A DNA stretch of 64,000 nt from an uncultured Chroococcidiopsis sp. (GCA_964248365.1 CAXTYC010000004.1:64001-128000), one strand, 5' to 3'. Positions 10,901-20,290 are shown, counted from the first letter of the stretch. Program-made: numbers and translations. The notes: a model not told the origin generated them from the sequence alone.

Positions 10901-11164
10901 ATGACGGCGATCGCTTCTTTGGTGGGTTTTTGGCCTCTAGTAGTTGCCCAAGGAGCAGGAGCAGAAAGCCGACAATCTCTGGGTACTGCTATCTTTGGCG
11001 GTCTGCTTGTTGCTACTGTATTGAGTTTGTTGATAGTGCCAATCTTATATATCTTGATTGGGAGTATCCGCGATCGCCTCACGAATCGTCGTCGTCAGCC
11101 TCAGCCAGCTGAGCAACTAGTTAATAGTGCCGATGGCAAAGTCCCTACCGAAAGTCGCCGTTGA
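7955..11164 (+). CDS. RND efflux permease (AcrB/HAE1 family)
   Basis: MFVDFFIKRPVF start, GLVVDDAIVVVEN, KNAILIVEFA, RLRPILMT. Confidence 0.97.
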   Translation: MFVDFFIKRPVFSSVCALIILLLGAISIPTLPTARLPEIAPPQVQVSTNYVGASAEVVEDTVTTVLERQINGVEGLRYMESSSSNDGTSTIQITFDPSRNKDIAAVDVQNRVSIATPQLPEQVRQVGVTINKQPPNILLAMGLYSENNEYDNIFLSNYTDLYIVDALKRIQGVSDARIFGERRYAMRLWLDPNKLASRNLTAQDVVNALQEQNLQVGAGQIGQPPTMDGQQYQIDLRAIGRLTDVSEYENMVIRPGTDGTLVTLKDVGRAELGAQSYNSFVRYSGKEGVGILIFPIPGSNALNVAKEVKAEMERLAKEFPPGMKYQVAFDTTLFVEESLREVIKTLYEAILLVILVIFIFLQDWRTTLIPVITIPLSLIGTFAFIKAFGFSINILTLFGITLATGLVVDDAIVVVENIARLIQNEGMPPRQAASESMHELSGAVIATSLVLMAVFVPVAFFPGSTGQIYKQFALTIAFSIALSTFLALTLTPSLAGILLRPQQRAWGIFGWFFDRFNWGFEKLRQGYERSLKRLTHLKPLVLGVFVVFLVLTGVLYTRVPTGFLPDEDQGYFINIIQGPEGASLNYTDEVMKKVEAQLLKMPEVRGTFAAGGFGLGTSGNNANKGAIFAPLKPWGERHGEEHSAAGLIKKMLGFYSTIPDARVVAANPPPIQGLGNVSGFSYKLEDRRGNNSVDTLLGVSKQLIQRANQTPGLQAVFTSFGANSPQMDIEIDRNKAKALFVNVDDILNTLQSNFGARYVNDFNLQGRTYRVYVQADKQFRSNPDDIGRLYVRSQPTAPNQQPQMIPLSNLVKVTPTTGEQTINHYNLYRAIEINGSNARGTSSGQAIQKMEQLSAEILPPSMGYEWSALSREEQESGGKAPIIFGLGLIFVFLVLAAQYENYVDPLIIMLSVPLAIFGALSAMSLRGLTNDVYCQVGLVMLIGLASKNAILIVEFANQLRERGVSITQAAVDAAQERLRPILMTAIASLVGFWPLVVAQGAGAESRQSLGTAIFGGLLVATVLSLLIVPILYILIGSIRDRLTNRRRQPQPAEQLVNSADGKVPTESRR

Positions 11165-11190
11165 ATTGGCTACCCATTAACTAAAGTAAT

Positions 11191-11231
11191 GAACCAGGTT
11201 GAACACAATCAGTCTGGTTCACTTTTTTTTT
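11191..11231 (+). terminator. Rho-independent terminator
   Basis: GAACCAGGTTG...CAGTCTGGTTC stem followed by a long T run. Confidence 0.75.
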
Positions 11232-11287
11232 AGCATATGTTGCATATTTTGTCTATATTCACAGGATAAATTTGTGGAGGTGAAAGC

Positions 11288-12721
11288 ATGGATATTGCAA
11301 TGTTAACGAAGGCACTAGGAGTTGAGGCGAAAGCATATCTGGATGCTTTTAACCCAATACTCGCAACAAACCCCCCATCAGATAGCTCACCACTGGTATT
11401 CGCTGGCGTACTGGCAAGTTTAGTAGTAATTTACCTTGCTAGCACCATCGGTGGTGAGATTTGTGCGCGACTCAATTTACCCCCAGTTCTCGGACAACTA
11501 TTAGCAGGTTTAGTGCTGGGAATCTCTGCTTTTCATTTGCTGGTATTTCCCGAAGGTGGCTCAGATGGTAGTAACTCTTTAATGATGGCTTTTCTCGAAG
11601 CCACTGCTGGTTTAAGTGTCGATGCAGTGGGGACAACATTTCAAACAGACAGCGAAGTCATTTCGATTTTGTCGGAAATTGGTGTAGTGATTCTGCTGTT
11701 TGAAATTGGTTTGGAATCAGATTTAAAAGAACTGCTACGGGTTGGTTGGCAAGCGGCAATAGTAGCAGTAGTCGGAGTAGTAGTGCCGTTTGTAGGCGGT
11801 ACTTTAGGACTAGTATATCTGTTTGGTATAGCCTCTATACCAGCAATCTTTGCTGGTGCGGCTTTGACTGCAACCAGTATCGGTATTACCGCTAAAGTTT
11901 TGGCAGAATTACAATATCTCAATCGCCCAGAAGGTCAAATTATCATTGGTGCAGCAGTACTCGATGATGTATTAGGCATCATCGTCTTGGCAGTGGTTGC
12001 TAGCCTTGCCAAAACCGGAGAGGTAGAACTGACAAATGTCCTATATCTAATTGCCAGTGCAGTAGCTTTCTTAGTGGGGACAGTTTTACTAGGGCGCTGG
12101 CTGAATCCTTATTTTGTCAAGTTAGTAGATGAACTCAAAACTCGTGGTCAGTTGTTGATTCCTGCCCTGATCTTTGCTTTTGTCTTATCCTACATCGCTA
12201 CAGTGATTAAATTAGAGGCAATTTTGGGAGCCTTCACTGCTGGCTTAGTCTTAGCAGAAACCCAGAAATGTCGAGAACTCAAAAACCAGGTAGTACCCAT
12301 CGCCGATATGTTAGTACCGATTTTCTTTGTAGTTGTCAGTGCCAAAACTAACATCGGTGTCCTTAACCCAGCCGTACCTGAGAATCGGGAAGGGTTAATC
12401 ATGGCAAGCTTTTTGATTGTGGTGGCAATTTTGGGTAAAGTTGTTACTGGCTTTACAGTATTTGGTCAACCTGATATTAATCGATTGGCAATCGGTGTGG
12501 GTATGATTCCTAGAGGGGAAGTAGGACTAGTATTTGCTGGCATTGGAACGGCGCTTGGTGTCCTTTGTGATGGCTTGGATGCGGCAATTATCATGATGGT
12601 GATCTTGACCACATTTCTAGCCCCACCTTTATTACAGGTTGTGTTTAAAAAGCCAACCAGGGAACAGGATTTGCCTCAATCAAAAGCTGTTTTATCTATG
12701 CAAGATCCTAATAACAGTTAG
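11288..12721 (+). CDS. Cation/H+ antiporter (CPA2, NhaS3-like)
   Basis: LFEIGLESD, ATSIGIT, GAAVLDD, GVGMIPRGEVG. Confidence 0.92.
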   Translation: MDIAMLTKALGVEAKAYLDAFNPILATNPPSDSSPLVFAGVLASLVVIYLASTIGGEICARLNLPPVLGQLLAGLVLGISAFHLLVFPEGGSDGSNSLMMAFLEATAGLSVDAVGTTFQTDSEVISILSEIGVVILLFEIGLESDLKELLRVGWQAAIVAVVGVVVPFVGGTLGLVYLFGIASIPAIFAGAALTATSIGITAKVLAELQYLNRPEGQIIIGAAVLDDVLGIIVLAVVASLAKTGEVELTNVLYLIASAVAFLVGTVLLGRWLNPYFVKLVDELKTRGQLLIPALIFAFVLSYIATVIKLEAILGAFTAGLVLAETQKCRELKNQVVPIADMLVPIFFVVVSAKTNIGVLNPAVPENREGLIMASFLIVVAILGKVVTGFTVFGQPDINRLAIGVGMIPRGEVGLVFAGIGTALGVLCDGLDAAIIMMVILTTFLAPPLLQVVFKKPTREQDLPQSKAVLSMQDPNNS

Positions 12722-12829
12722 CTTGCTTGAGCGTCATGGTTTGTAAGGTGGGCAATGCTTACTATGGATTATTCAAAGTAAGCAAATGGCTTGTAAGGTG
12801 CGCATGGGTGGCATACGAGCTACTAAATT

Positions 12830-13534
12830 CTAGTCTCGTCTAAACAAACCAAGTAGGGGACCTAAAATTGCCCCAAAGACAAACCCACCAGCGTGCGCCC
12901 AGTAAGCAACACCACCGCTTTCCATACCAATGTTAGTACGTGCTTGCAAACCAGCAATACCGTAGAAGGCTTGTTGGACAAACCAAAACCCTAGAAAGAA
13001 GATAGCAGGAATTTCAAATGTAGTGATGAAAAATCCAATTGGGATTAAAGTCAGAACTCTAGCGTGGGGGTAGCGGAGAATGTATGCACCCATCACGCCA
13101 GCGATCGCCCCACTAGCCCCCAAGGAAGGAATTGCAGAATTTTGCGAAAAGAACCACTGGGAAAGTGCTGCCAAAACCCCACAGGTAAGATAAAAGATTA
13201 AAAATTTTAAATGTCCCAAGCGATCTTCAACGTTGTTACCAAATATCCATAAATACAACATATTTCCTGCTATGTGCAAGAAACCACCATGCAAAAATTG
13301 AGAAGTAATTAGAGTTGCCCACTCTGGTAGTTGTTGACTTGTAGGGAGAGGACATCTAGCTACTATGTTCCCCGATAATTGACATGGCACTAAAGCGGCT
13401 GAGTAGAAAAATGTTTGCAATTGTTGTGGTGTCAGACTCAGTTGATACAGAAAAATGCCGATATTTGCTCCAATTAACCCATAGGTAACATAGGGTGTGA
13501 TTGTTGTCGGAACGTTATCTCGCAGTGGAACCAC
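12830..13534 (-). CDS. Rhomboid family intramembrane serine protease
   Basis: HGGFLHIAGNM, GASG catalytic Ser, WAHAGG catalytic His. Confidence 0.95.
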   Translation of the reverse strand: MVPLRDNVPTTITPYVTYGLIGANIGIFLYQLSLTPQQLQTFFYSAALVPCQLSGNIVARCPLPTSQQLPEWATLITSQFLHGGFLHIAGNMLYLWIFGNNVEDRLGHLKFLIFYLTCGVLAALSQWFFSQNSAIPSLGASGAIAGVMGAYILRYPHARVLTLIPIGFFITTFEIPAIFFLGFWFVQQAFYGIAGLQARTNIGMESGGVAYWAHAGGFVFGAILGPLLGLFRRD

Positions 13535-14069
13535 AGGGATGAGTCCTATAAATTGAGTGACAAAGGGGGGGGGTTTAATAAATTGCCCAAATCGAGTTGC
13601 AACGGCAATGCTGAATTGTAATTCATCATTCCTCTGCTTTTGATGTACCCAACTTCTAAATTATTGAGCCAAGTATAGCAATGGCTGTTATATATTTTAC
13701 CATATTGCTGTTCAAATTTACTTCATTACTTCAATTTTATTGCTGACATTATGCAAGCAAATCAATATGTAGTATTAATATTTCACAAACCTAAATTTAT
13801 TTATTAGGTAATAATTTCCTGTCCAGCTGCAAATTATTCCAAATACTGATTGATAATTGATAGCTTGAATCGATTCACAAATCATTTATATTATTATATT
13901 GAAAGGAAGCTATGCTCAGAAGTACACAATTAAATTTGTGCTATCAAAACAAGATTTGTATTATTAGTTTTTTAATAAGTACAAGGAGATAAAAGATGGT
14001 GGGCATGGGTGGTATAGTGTATGAGGTAAGTATTATTGGTTTTGTGATAAGTACAATCATATAAAAGAT

Positions 14070-14090
14070 GGTGGGCATTGCCCACCCTAC
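14070..14090. repeat. Palindromic repeat GGTGGGCATTGCCCACC(CTAC)
   Basis: Further copies at 28392-28412, 46438-46462 and 61687-61707; related half-copies GGTGGGCATGGGTGG near 14.0 and 53.9 kb. Confidence 0.9.
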
Positions 14091-14099
14091 TGTATGAGG

Positions 14100-14828
14100 T
14101 CACAAATACCTTTGCTGAGTATATTGGTCTTGAGGATCTGGTTTGAGCAAACCTAACAATGGACCTAGAATTGCTCCGAAGACAAAACCACCAGCGTGCG
14201 CCCAGTAAGCAACGCCACCACTTTCCATACCGATGTTAGTGCGAGCTTCCAAGCTAGCAACACCATAGGCAGCTTGTTGGAGAAACCAAAAACCCAAAAA
14301 GTAGAAAGCGGGAATGCGAACGGCGGGAAAGTAAAATCCCAAAGGAATTAGGGTTAATACCTCAGCACGGGGGTAGCGGAGAATGTATGCACCCATTACG
14401 CCAGCGATCGCCCCACTAGCCCCCAAAGAAGGAACAGGCGAATTTTGCGAAAAGAACCACTGACTTAGCCCTGCCAAAACACCGCAGGCGAGATAAAAGA
14501 ACAAAAATTTGGCGTGTCCTAAGCGATCTTCAACGTTATTACCAAAAATCCACAGAAATAACATATTTCCGGCAAGATGCAAGAAACCACCGTGCAGGAA
14601 TTGGGAAGTAATTAGGGTTGTCCACTCTGGTACTGGCTGATTTACAGGCATACCAGCAAAACTAGCTGTTAGCTCTCGTGGCACGATCGCAGCTAAGTGG
14701 AAAAAACTATCTAATTGTTGCGGTGGTAAATTCGCCTCATAAATGAAAGCGAGTACATTGGCAGCAATCAACCCATAGGTGACAATAGGCGTGATAGTTG
14801 TCGGGTTGTTATCTCTAATTGGAACCAT
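14100..14828 (-). CDS. Rhomboid family intramembrane serine protease (paralog)
   Basis: Same GASG and WAHAGG motifs; highly similar to 12830-13534. Confidence 0.95.
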   Translation of the reverse strand: MVPIRDNNPTTITPIVTYGLIAANVLAFIYEANLPPQQLDSFFHLAAIVPRELTASFAGMPVNQPVPEWTTLITSQFLHGGFLHLAGNMLFLWIFGNNVEDRLGHAKFLFFYLACGVLAGLSQWFFSQNSPVPSLGASGAIAGVMGAYILRYPRAEVLTLIPLGFYFPAVRIPAFYFLGFWFLQQAAYGVASLEARTNIGMESGGVAYWAHAGGFVFGAILGPLLGLLKPDPQDQYTQQRYL

Positions 14829-14974
14829 GCAAATTTTTACTCATACTTTTTGAGACTGGCAACACAGTATCTAAATTCACAAGCGATCGCATCAAACCTA
14901 CGGATAGATTTGACACCAAAGAGAAAGTAGTGAAGAGTTTTAATCCCACTACTAACTCAAACTCGTTGTCTCGA

Positions 14975-15511
14975 TTACTGTGTGCTGCTTGCTTCGGTTT
15001 TCTTATCACCGCGTCCGAGCAACGTGCGAACAGCGGTAGTAATTTCAGGTACGGCAAGTATTAACGACGCGAAAGAGGCAACTGTCGCTACCTGGCAGTA
15101 CTCACAAAATGCTTTGTTTTCGCTCCATTCCTCACGCGCTAGCTCGGCGGAAACAACCCCATCGATCACGAGCTTGACACCCATTGCAATTGGTAGCAAG
15201 GGGTTGCGCCGTGCGCGATCCAAACCGCCAGCAGCAGCCAGCCAAGCAGTGAGGGCGTAATTAAGCACCATAATCGGTCCATCGGGTGAGTTGAATCGGC
15301 TGTAAGCGTAGTTAGATGCATCAACGCGGTCTGCGTCAAAAAGCTGCTGTCCTGGTGGATCGGGTAGGTGACTAACAATCCCTGTTTGGTAGAGTGTAAC
15401 GAGTTGTCCCATCGAACCCCCCAGCATAGACAAGCCGATAATCGCCCGCCGACGGCTCATGTGTGGGTTTTTACCTTTACGCAGTTCTTCACTTAGTTGT
15501 GTTGGTTCCAT
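14975..15511 (-). CDS. Vitamin K epoxide reductase (VKOR) family protein
   Basis: TM helices with C-terminal CEYC; LYQTGIVSHLPDPP...VDAS loop. Confidence 0.8.
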   Translation of the reverse strand: MEPTQLSEELRKGKNPHMSRRRAIIGLSMLGGSMGQLVTLYQTGIVSHLPDPPGQQLFDADRVDASNYAYSRFNSPDGPIMVLNYALTAWLAAAGGLDRARRNPLLPIAMGVKLVIDGVVSAELAREEWSENKAFCEYCQVATVASFASLILAVPEITTAVRTLLGRGDKKTEASSTQ

Positions 15512-15536
15512 AAAACGCAATTCTCCGTAAAATATA

Positions 15537-15741
15537 GGGCGATCGCATCACCTGTGTACCTGGTGTTCCACCGATGACAAATAGCAAATACGCAGTATGA
15601 CTATCGGTTTGGGCGACCTGAGTCTTGCTACCATTTTCGGGAATTGGTCTGATGCGTACCACTTACGCTAGAGGTACTTAGCTCTCACCTGGCATTCAAG
15701 GAGAGTGAAAACCACTGTGAGAGCGTAGCTGGGGCGATCGC
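15537..15741. other. Structured element flanked by GGGCGATCGC direct repeats (candidate ncRNA or mini mobile element)
   Basis: Stems ACCGAT/ATCGGT, GTACC/GGTAC, GCTCTCAC/GTGAGAGC; 10-bp direct repeats at 15537 and 15732. Confidence 0.5.
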
Positions 15742-15879
15742 TTTCTATAAATAAACATCAAAAATATTGTTTTTTTTCGAGCTTTTTGTATTATTTAATA
15801 CATAAGTTTAAATTGATACAACATAAATTATCAAGCTTTCGGCAGACGCAATTTGTGCATAAGCAAGACAAGAAAAGCT

Positions 15880-16140
15880 TTAAGGATAAAGGATGAAGGC
15901 AAAAGGATGAAGTGTAAAGTGTAAAGGATGTTCGCTTAGTTGCCGTCGGCGCGCAGTTGTTGGCTAAAGTGTAAAGTGTAAAGGGTAAAGCGGTATTGCA
16001 CTAAGATTAAGATGCACTTCAAGCTACCCTTACCTGCTACCCCTACCCTTCGCGCCTTCTACTTCTAACTTCACACTTCATCCTTAATACTTCATCCTTA
16101 ATAATTCATCCTTTAGACTTCACACTTCATTTTTAATACT
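15880..16140. repeat. Composite STRR array with complementary arms
   Basis: AAGGATG/GTGTAAA units on the left; CTTCATC/CTTCACA units on the right. Confidence 0.8.
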
Positions 16141-16148
16141 TTTCGCGC

Positions 16149-17744
16149 TTAGGCACTTCCACTCACAACCGCCGCTGGTTCTGCTACTGCTTGAGATTGC
16201 AACTTAGCGGATGGCACAACTTCAGCTAGCTGAGCGGCAATTTCGTCTTTTACAATTTGGCGGTAATCAATGAAGTGTTCTAGGTGGGCGCAGGCGATTA
16301 GATAGTGTTCAAACACACCTGGATTTTGCCGGATGATTCCGAACAACTGCTGCCAAAATTGCCAGCGTGTATTTCGCTTAATTCCCTGTCGCCAAAAGAT
16401 AGTTAGCATTGCCCGAATATCTGTTAATGCTGGAAGGCGAAACTTGGACTTATTAGGAGATGGTCTCATCTGGAGGAAATGCCGATAGGTTCTTGCTAGA
16501 TAGCGCTTCGGCTCATACAGTTCCCAAAAACATCTCACATACTCACGAGCTAGATCCTCTACAGGGCGAGTAGGGATAAAGTTGATCAATGTTGTTTGGC
16601 TGATATTAGCTTCTCCCCTACCCGCAAGCAAACGTCCTTCCTTTTGAAGTCGATGCCACAGTGCCGTATTGGGCAAAGCTTGCAGCATACTGAACATAGC
16701 ATGAGGAATAGCAGTTGCTTCTACAAAATCAATGATGCGCCCACCTGCTCCTGGCTTTTCACCATCAAAGCCAATAATGAAACCAGCCATCACGCGCAGC
16801 CCTGAACGATTAATGGTTTGAACTGCCTCCATCAAAGAGTTGCGGGTATTTTGAAATTTTTGCGTCAGAGACAAGCTATCTGTGTCTGGTGTCTCAATAC
16901 CCAAGAATACCCCATTAAAATTGGCAGCAATCATTAAATCTAAAAGTTCCTGATCCTGTGCCAAATCTACCGAGGCTTCCGTAGAGAAGCGGAAGGGATA
17001 GCCATGCTCTGCCATCCAAGGACCAAGTTCTTTTAGCAACAGCTTGACGTTACGCTTATTGCCGATGAAATTGTCATCCACCATAAAAATTGCGCGTCGC
17101 CAGCCCAGGTCATAAAGGGTTTGCAACTCAGCCAACATCTGCGCTGGGGTTTTGGTGCGTGATTTGCGCCCATATAGCACAATAATGTCGCAGAATTCAC
17201 ACTGGAACGGACAGCCGCGCGAAAACTGCACAGCCATATCGCTATAAGAATTGAGATCAAGCAGGTCAAATCTTGGAATAGGTGTATGAGTAACGTCAGG
17301 CTTTTCACCTTTAGCACTGAATGTTCCTGATGTTTCACCGCGTTCTAGAGCCTCGACCAACATTGGGAGGGTAATTTCGCCTTCATCCAACACCAGAAAG
17401 TTTACCCCAGCTTCGATCGCAGCACTAGGGACGGAGGTGACGTAGGGACCACCAGCTGCTATTAATTTACCGCGCCGCTTTGCTTCGGCAAACAGATACT
17501 GCATATCTGTTTTCTGGACAATCATGCCGGAAACAATTACCAATTCTGCCCAGTTCCAGTCGGCTTCAGTTTCAGAGCGAATATTGCGGTCTACGAGGCG
17601 GAATTCCCAGCTTTGGGGTAACAGAGCCGCAACTGTGATTATTCCCAGAGGGGGGATAGTCACTTTGCGTCCGATTAGTTCTAGTGTTTTATCAAAAGAC
17701 CAAAAAGATTTAGGAAAAATCGGATTTAGAAGTAAAACTCGCAT
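16149..17744 (-). CDS. B12-binding radical SAM protein with DUF4070-like C-terminus
   Basis: PPLGIITVAA B12 domain, SRGCPFQCEFC (CX3CX2C), DDNFIG, GIET. Confidence 0.93.
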   Translation of the reverse strand: MRVLLLNPIFPKSFWSFDKTLELIGRKVTIPPLGIITVAALLPQSWEFRLVDRNIRSETEADWNWAELVIVSGMIVQKTDMQYLFAEAKRRGKLIAAGGPYVTSVPSAAIEAGVNFLVLDEGEITLPMLVEALERGETSGTFSAKGEKPDVTHTPIPRFDLLDLNSYSDMAVQFSRGCPFQCEFCDIIVLYGRKSRTKTPAQMLAELQTLYDLGWRRAIFMVDDNFIGNKRNVKLLLKELGPWMAEHGYPFRFSTEASVDLAQDQELLDLMIAANFNGVFLGIETPDTDSLSLTQKFQNTRNSLMEAVQTINRSGLRVMAGFIIGFDGEKPGAGGRIIDFVEATAIPHAMFSMLQALPNTALWHRLQKEGRLLAGRGEANISQTTLINFIPTRPVEDLAREYVRCFWELYEPKRYLARTYRHFLQMRPSPNKSKFRLPALTDIRAMLTIFWRQGIKRNTRWQFWQQLFGIIRQNPGVFEHYLIACAHLEHFIDYRQIVKDEIAAQLAEVVPSAKLQSQAVAEPAAVVSGSA

Positions 17745-17925
17745 CTTATTGAAGGGGCTAGGGGCTTTCTTTTGTGGCTAGTGGAACCAGTGGCTAGTGG
17801 CTAGAATTCAAAACGAAAAGACTAGAGGTAAGAATTAGAGCTAAAATTTCTACTTTTAGCCTTAATAGTGTCGGTTTCTCTAGTCACTAGTCACCAGCCA
17901 CTAATCACTAGCTTCTAGCTTTGGA

Positions 17926-19335
17926 TTAGTAAAGTGTACTAGGTCCGATCGCTATTTTTTCTTGCAGGTATGTGGGTAGGGATTGGCGTAGGCGCGAACC
18001 ATACATATTTAATGCATTTCCACCCAACAACAGTCCTAAATGCTCACGGTCGTAATCAGCTACTTCCGCCGCATCTTTGACACACTTATGCAGTACGCCG
18101 TCCCAATGACCATAATCACCAGAGAAACAAGTTAATCGCTTACCGATTTCACCCATCGCAACGGGAAGATAAGCAGGACCTGGATCGTCTGATTCAAACG
18201 AAGTAAAGATTTGACCTCTGTCGAAATATTCCATTGGATCTCGGTGGCGCAAATCGTAATGTTCATACAGGCTAGCATCGTCAATCTTTTCTGGGTTGTG
18301 TTCTGCATTCCACAACAGATCGAACAAGTTTTTAGCCTTGCTGATAATATTGACATTATTACCGCCGCCCCGCTCCTGAATCATCAGTTTGGTGACTTCC
18401 ATCAAGGATGGGCGATAGGGACGTTTGGGATCAAAGTCCCGAATCCGCTTTTCCCAATGCTCATGACAAGCATGGGCAAGATCTGGCAACCAACCACAAC
18501 CACCTTCTAAAAAGCCAACTCTCAGGGTGGGAAATTGCTCAAATGCGCCATCAAAGATCATACGTGCTAGCGCTAACTGTTGCTGGTTGCGCTGTACGAA
18601 GATATGGGTAAGGACAAACGTTTCAGTGTAATCAGAAATGCCCCCCACCATATAAGAACCTGGACCGCCGTGAATACCCAGGGCAATATCTAAATCTACA
18701 GCAGCTTGCAAAATTGGTCTAAAGTCGGGATGGCTAATTGTTTTGCAGCTGCGAATTTCTGGGAAAGCTTGGGGTGCTTTCGGATGAGGAATTGGCATAT
18801 TTGGCGCAACAGCCACACCAATCATGCCCAGTTCGTTGACGCAACGGTGCATCTCGGCAACCGCTGCATCTACATCTTGCAGGGGTAATACACCGATTGG
18901 TTTGAGTCTGTTATCGTAGCCTCGGCAATCATCGGCGATGTAGTTGTTGTAGGCACGGCACAAAGCGATCGCCATGTCTTGATCAAGAATACTGGAGAAA
19001 ATCAGATTGAGAGTGCCAAAGATTACATGAATATCAACGCCTTCTTGATCCATGTGTTCAATTCTGACTCGATTGAAAGTTGCTCCTAAAGTTGTATCTG
19101 GATGTAAATTCCGAAATCCTCCTTTTCCCATTCCTTGCGGTTGCGGGAACATCCGCACAAAGTCGTTTTTACCCGTTGCTGGATTGAAGTCTACAATCCG
19201 CGCCCGTTGATCGCCAAGACTATCAATCACTAAACCGATGCGATCGCGGTACTCTGGCTCTAGATAATCCCGCATCACCAAGGGATTCTCTAATTTGTGG
19301 GCATCTGCATCAATGACTAGTAAACCTTGATACAT
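17926..19335 (-). CDS. Amidohydrolase_2 family metal-dependent hydrolase/decarboxylase
   Basis: IDADAH, GIHG, FPTLRVGFLEGGCGW, FSGDYGHWD. Confidence 0.9.
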   Translation of the reverse strand: MYQGLLVIDADAHKLENPLVMRDYLEPEYRDRIGLVIDSLGDQRARIVDFNPATGKNDFVRMFPQPQGMGKGGFRNLHPDTTLGATFNRVRIEHMDQEGVDIHVIFGTLNLIFSSILDQDMAIALCRAYNNYIADDCRGYDNRLKPIGVLPLQDVDAAVAEMHRCVNELGMIGVAVAPNMPIPHPKAPQAFPEIRSCKTISHPDFRPILQAAVDLDIALGIHGGPGSYMVGGISDYTETFVLTHIFVQRNQQQLALARMIFDGAFEQFPTLRVGFLEGGCGWLPDLAHACHEHWEKRIRDFDPKRPYRPSLMEVTKLMIQERGGGNNVNIISKAKNLFDLLWNAEHNPEKIDDASLYEHYDLRHRDPMEYFDRGQIFTSFESDDPGPAYLPVAMGEIGKRLTCFSGDYGHWDGVLHKCVKDAAEVADYDREHLGLLLGGNALNMYGSRLRQSLPTYLQEKIAIGPSTLY

Positions 19336-19406
19336 TAATTCTCCTTGAATTGGTAATTTGTCATGGGGTTGGTTTTTTAATGGGTGCGATCGCCTCTCCC
19401 AATCTG

Positions 19407-19721
19407 TTAAACTGTTTTACTCTTGAAGTGTTGCCAAACTTGGCGCAGACCAAACCAGTTCTCGAAAGACCACGAGAGCGAAGCGAGAATAGTAATACCT
19501 GGGTACTTGACAGCAGCAGGTTGATTTTTCTCAATGAATGCATGACCGCCCAGTGCAAAAACTTGGGTTAGTACCAAGCAAAACAGAGTCCATCGCCAGT
19601 CGTAGAAAAGTAAAATAATAGCAGCGATCGCCAGTATATTAGCCCAGTGATGCAGAGCTATGTTTACAGGATGCTGATGACTTGCCACAAAATGGGCTTT
19701 AGCTTCACGGAAGTAGCTCAA
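19407..19721 (-). CDS. DUF962/Mpo1-like small membrane protein
   Basis: HQHPVNIALH, GGHAFIEKNQPA; TTG start preceded by GGAGG. Confidence 0.8.
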   Translation of the reverse strand: MSYFREAKAHFVASHQHPVNIALHHWANILAIAAIILLFYDWRWTLFCLVLTQVFALGGHAFIEKNQPAAVKYPGITILASLSWSFENWFGLRQVWQHFKSKTV

Positions 19722-20086
19722 AGTAAATTTCCTCCAGTCACACCCGATGCTTAAAACTACAAATTGTAATAACAATATTAGTAGCTGCTTTCAAGGCAAG
19801 CACTATAAATATATACAAATAACAGATTGTATCTCAGACACAGTAACATTATTCTTATCAAAGCAAATATTAATTTATTGTGAGCAAAATCAATATTAGT
19901 TAAAATTCCCGCCTGCAATTATGCCACTTTTACTAGCTGCACATTCCGACTTGATTTTTTTGAGATTTAAGCTTGAACAGGAGTAATGTCAAGAGCGATC
20001 GTGCGAGGAGCAAGCACTTACAGTTTTCTAGTAGTTTACTTCGTTGTTATTTTTCTTAGTATAAGACTGGTTTAAATGGTCTTCAC

Positions 20087-20290
20087 TTAAGTTTTATACC
20101 GACTTCCTCTCGACCTTGCCCTTTGAGTCGGTTTCTTACTAGCAAGCTGTTCAACTTTTTTCCAATCTGCTTGCTCTAATACCGCATCTAATACATCTGA
20201 GAGATTGCAGTGCTGCTCATAGGCAATTCGTCTTAGAATTTCGTGATGTTCAGGCTTTATATATACAGGCTTCCTTTGCGTCTGTGCCAT
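20087..20290 (-). CDS. Small ribbon-helix-helix-like DNA-binding protein
   Basis: RKPVYIKPEHHEILRRIA...LSDVLDAVL beta-alpha-alpha pattern. Confidence 0.6.
   Translation of the reverse strand: MAQTQRKPVYIKPEHHEILRRIAYEQHCNLSDVLDAVLEQADWKKVEQLASKKPTQRARSRGSRYKT

Noticed and set aside
8565..11112. Short ORFs overlapping the RND permease (likewise those in psbB, metK, ligA, thiC)
   Set aside because: Shadow frames of well-conserved genes with no motifs.
15547..15733. 6S RNA or cobalamin riboswitch
   Set aside because: The fold is multi-branched rather than a rod with a central bubble; no B12 box in the right order; it is downstream, not upstream, of the B12 enzyme.
16149..17744. hpnP (hopanoid C-2 methylase)
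   Set aside because: Same superfamily, but the sequence looks like the generic cyanobacterial DUF4070 paralogs and there is no hopanoid gene context.
19879..19894. CRP/FNR-like site TGTGA-N6-TCAAT
   Set aside because: Imperfect half-site in AT-rich DNA; insufficient support.
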